A stretch of 64,000 nt of DNA from Macrostomum lignano. Its lineage: Eukaryota. The stretch spans positions 62,001-126,000 of the forward strand of contig NIVC01002281.1 of NCBI GenBank assembly GCA_002269645.1, written 5' to 3'. Shown here piece by piece: positions 59,646 through 64,000 of the stretch. The notes beneath the pieces are model-generated. The model ran no database searches and had not been told where the DNA came from. It worked only from the letters and a program-made list of their open reading frames with translations. The position numbers and the translations under genes are program-made. How positions within the stretch are numbered: the stretch's first letter is position 1; every line of letters starts with the position of its first letter.

Positions 59646-60790
59646 TACTTTGTTGTTATTGATGCAGCTGTTTTTTTTACTTTCTATCTGTCGCTTACTT
59701 TTAATATGAACAAAAGAAAATACAAAGGCATGACTGTACCCTTTCTTACACACGCTTGTCTTTAGTGTACGCACAACCGTAATACCCGAGGTAAATCTAT
59801 CGTATATAGTAACAGAAGATCATCAAGTATTTCCAATGTACAAAGCAAAGAGATCAGCCAGAAAAGATTGTCGAAAATTCAAGTCAAGAAAAATAGTTTG
59901 CTATTAGTCAATAGATAGGTACTGTTTTGATTTTGTTGTAAAATAGAAATAGAACACACAGATCAAGCGTAACCAGTAGACAGTTGTAAAACAATCCGAA
60001 ATCAAGCAGTTTGCCGAGTAACTTTATGCAACGCGCAGAATTGCATGTACGCGACTGGGTTGAACCCGAATTCAAAGTGACCAGGTCAGCAGGACACAAA
60101 CTTATAAATATAGATTTTCAACACAAATTCTGGCTAGAACAACGGGGTGTCTCAATAAGAAGGATCGAAAATAAACATCATATGGTGACATTACCTCTCG
60201 TCGGAGAAGTTCAAAACCCAACTGTTAAGTTCTTAACACTTGTAAGTTTTTGTTTGTAACGTTTCAGCTACAACAGATAATACTACTAGAATGACCGACA
60301 ATAAGTTTTCAGATTTGCTGCTGTCATATGCATTGTCTAGCAATTCGATGATCATTATTCACATTTTTAATGCAGAACAATCAATTACTACAAGCAATGA
60401 ATTGTCTGTAGGATCGTCAAACAAAAAAACAATGCAAAGAATCAGCGGTCGCAGCACGTGACAACGAATTGTCTATGGGCGCTTGCCAGACAATCATTGT
60501 CACGCACTGGGACCGCCGATGTTGCAATCTACAACATGATGATTGGCCATAGACAAAAGTGCAGCTGCTAAATCCGATTGCACGCTGGGTTGGGTGGAGT
60601 GAAAGGTATCCAACTGGACTCAAGAATTGATGCAGTGTAAAATGCAGCCGAGTCCTATCCAGCGCGTCTTGCCAGAGTGCATTTTAAATGATGGAAGGCA
60701 TCATTCGAGTTTGCTACTTATGTTAATAGCAGTATCAGTTCGAGCTGAAACTCTACTGACAAAAACTTACAAGTGTTTACAACTGAGCTG

Positions 60791-61150
60791 TTTTTTTTTA
60801 TTAGAGGCAGGGGGTTGTGTGCACCCTGGCGCACTTTAAGCGACATAGGCACACAACCGGCGATAGGCATTACTGCCCATTCCGCCGACTCCCCTGAGCA
60901 GGCATACAAGCGCGCGGATACGTACGCAGGCACACACTCACACAGGAGTGTACAGCGGCCCTAACTTTATCAATTGTTAGGCATGTACACTTCACTGCGC
61001 CTTGGGGGGTGGCTCTAAAGGGCGTTAATTGCACGAGCAGAGCCAAGCCGAGATTCCAATTCAGCCCCAAATTAATGTGACTGCACTTGGAATCGAGCCT
61101 GGGTCGCTGGCACACCAGAGCCTGCGCTAGACCGCTGGGCTACGGCCCCC
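60791..61150 (-). mobile_element. tRNA-derived SINE, copy 3 (full length, least decayed)
   Basis: Colinear with copy 2. Poly-A tail (T9 on +). TSD TGAGCTGTT at 60784-92 and 61151-59. Confidence 0.93.
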
Positions 61151-61993
61151 TGAGCTGTTGAGTTTTGAACTTCTCCGCTGAGAGGAAGTGTCACAGCATG
61201 CATTGATTTTGGCGCCCAATTCAGACACCCAGTTTATAACTTATATTGTTGATAAAATTGGATGAAAGCAATTTTCCAAAGCGACACAGCACAACAAGAA
61301 AGCCCTACACAGTGCCAATTGTTGACTTAGGAATCCTGCAGCGAATATGAGCATCTCCTATGATAATTGATGCTGGTTTCCTTTATCTTGCAAATAATAT
61401 ACGTATATAAAATTGGAGTCATCAAATATTTCACTTGTTATTGAATTAATGAATAATTAATTAAACAACAAAATAAGGGTAGAAATAAATGAAAATAAAT
61501 TCTTCTTCTTACATAATTTTAATACATAGATAGACAAAAGCATAAATTCCATTCTTTTGCAAACACTCAATAACAACAAATATGCATAATAGTCTAAACT
61601 ATTAGACAATAAAAAACTATAAATATGAAAAATAGTCAACAAAATGACTAATTCAGTTAAATTATTTGCAACTTAAATTAAGTTTTTTTTTGCAAATATG
61701 TGCCACCGCCATGGACGAAAGATGACTAATTGTTGTGCGTGAAAGATGACACGAATGTAAAGGTGACGGACAAAAAGTAGGTAATCTGGATAATGCCAAA
61801 AACTGCAGTCTAGAAAGTGAATTCAACTTAAGAGGAAATTAAACGCCAATAAAAAGTAGCCTGAAATCGCAGGAAAAATATTTGAGTCTTCAATCTGATT
61901 TTTGTCAAGTCACCTCATCAATAAATTAAATTTGACTTAGAATTTGGGTTAACTGCTAACAGCGAGGTTAAGAAGCATCACAGAGTCACCAAA

Positions 61994-62035
61994 TTTGGCC
62001 ATAGACTATATCTTTGTCAATAGTCTATGGCCAAA
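61994..62035. other. perfect 16-bp-stem hairpin downstream of the PI4K2 stop
   Basis: TTTGGCCATAGACTAT-(10 nt)-ATAGTCTATGGCCAAA. Confidence 0.85.
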
Positions 62036-62222
62036 AGGTATATCTTGTTAATAATGAAGTAGTCTATGTCTAAAAGACACAGGGTGTACGGCGGCCCTGA
62101 CTTTCTAATTGTCGAATTTTCGAATTGCACAAGGGGTTGTATAACCAGACAGATTTGATCACACAGCAAATCAGAAGTCCATGGCTACTACTATATTGTT
62201 ATAACCCCAACATATTTGAATT

Positions 62223-64000
<1,778 letters not shown>

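Noticed and set aside
60010-60620. Possible plus-strand exon (60010-60241, ending at GTAAGT) downstream of the orphan ORF
   Set aside because: No recognisable protein, and the candidate following segment has stops in all frames tried. It cannot be supported without RNA data.

Overview
Animal genomic DNA, most consistent with a free-living flatworm such as Macrostomum. That assignment is inferred from minisatellite-filled introns and GC-rich, poly-Q/poly-A exons, not proven. Three spliced genes were reconstructed by hand on the minus strand with GT-AG junctions and consistent phases: a complete Hippo/MST1-2 kinase (4 exons, 26406-22417, 512 aa), a complete TMEM131 (13 exons, 57217-36984, 1690 aa) and the 3' four exons of a type II PI 4-kinase (window edge to 62223). 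An intronless 413-aa orphan ORF (58404-59645, +) lies head-to-head with TMEM131. About 25 tandem arrays cover roughly a third of the window (hand estimate about 21 kb). Most long ORFs in the supplied track are artefacts of these arrays. The AT-rich block between hippo and TMEM131 holds nested transposons: a dead DD34D mariner with a tRNA-derived SINE inserted in its terminal repeat, a 2.7-kb hAT element carrying a MITE, and a hAT MITE carrying its own minisatellite. The most interesting signals are: (i) array units built around palindromes that match transcription-factor sites (RFX X-box, STAT GAS, E-box); (ii) clear CpG-deamination scars in the mariner and in one SINE copy; (iii) an AT-rich 5' to GC-rich 3' polarity inside both complete genes that tracks the minisatellite-filled introns; (iv) the orphan ORF. 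Bases 1-20500 show no gene I can support.
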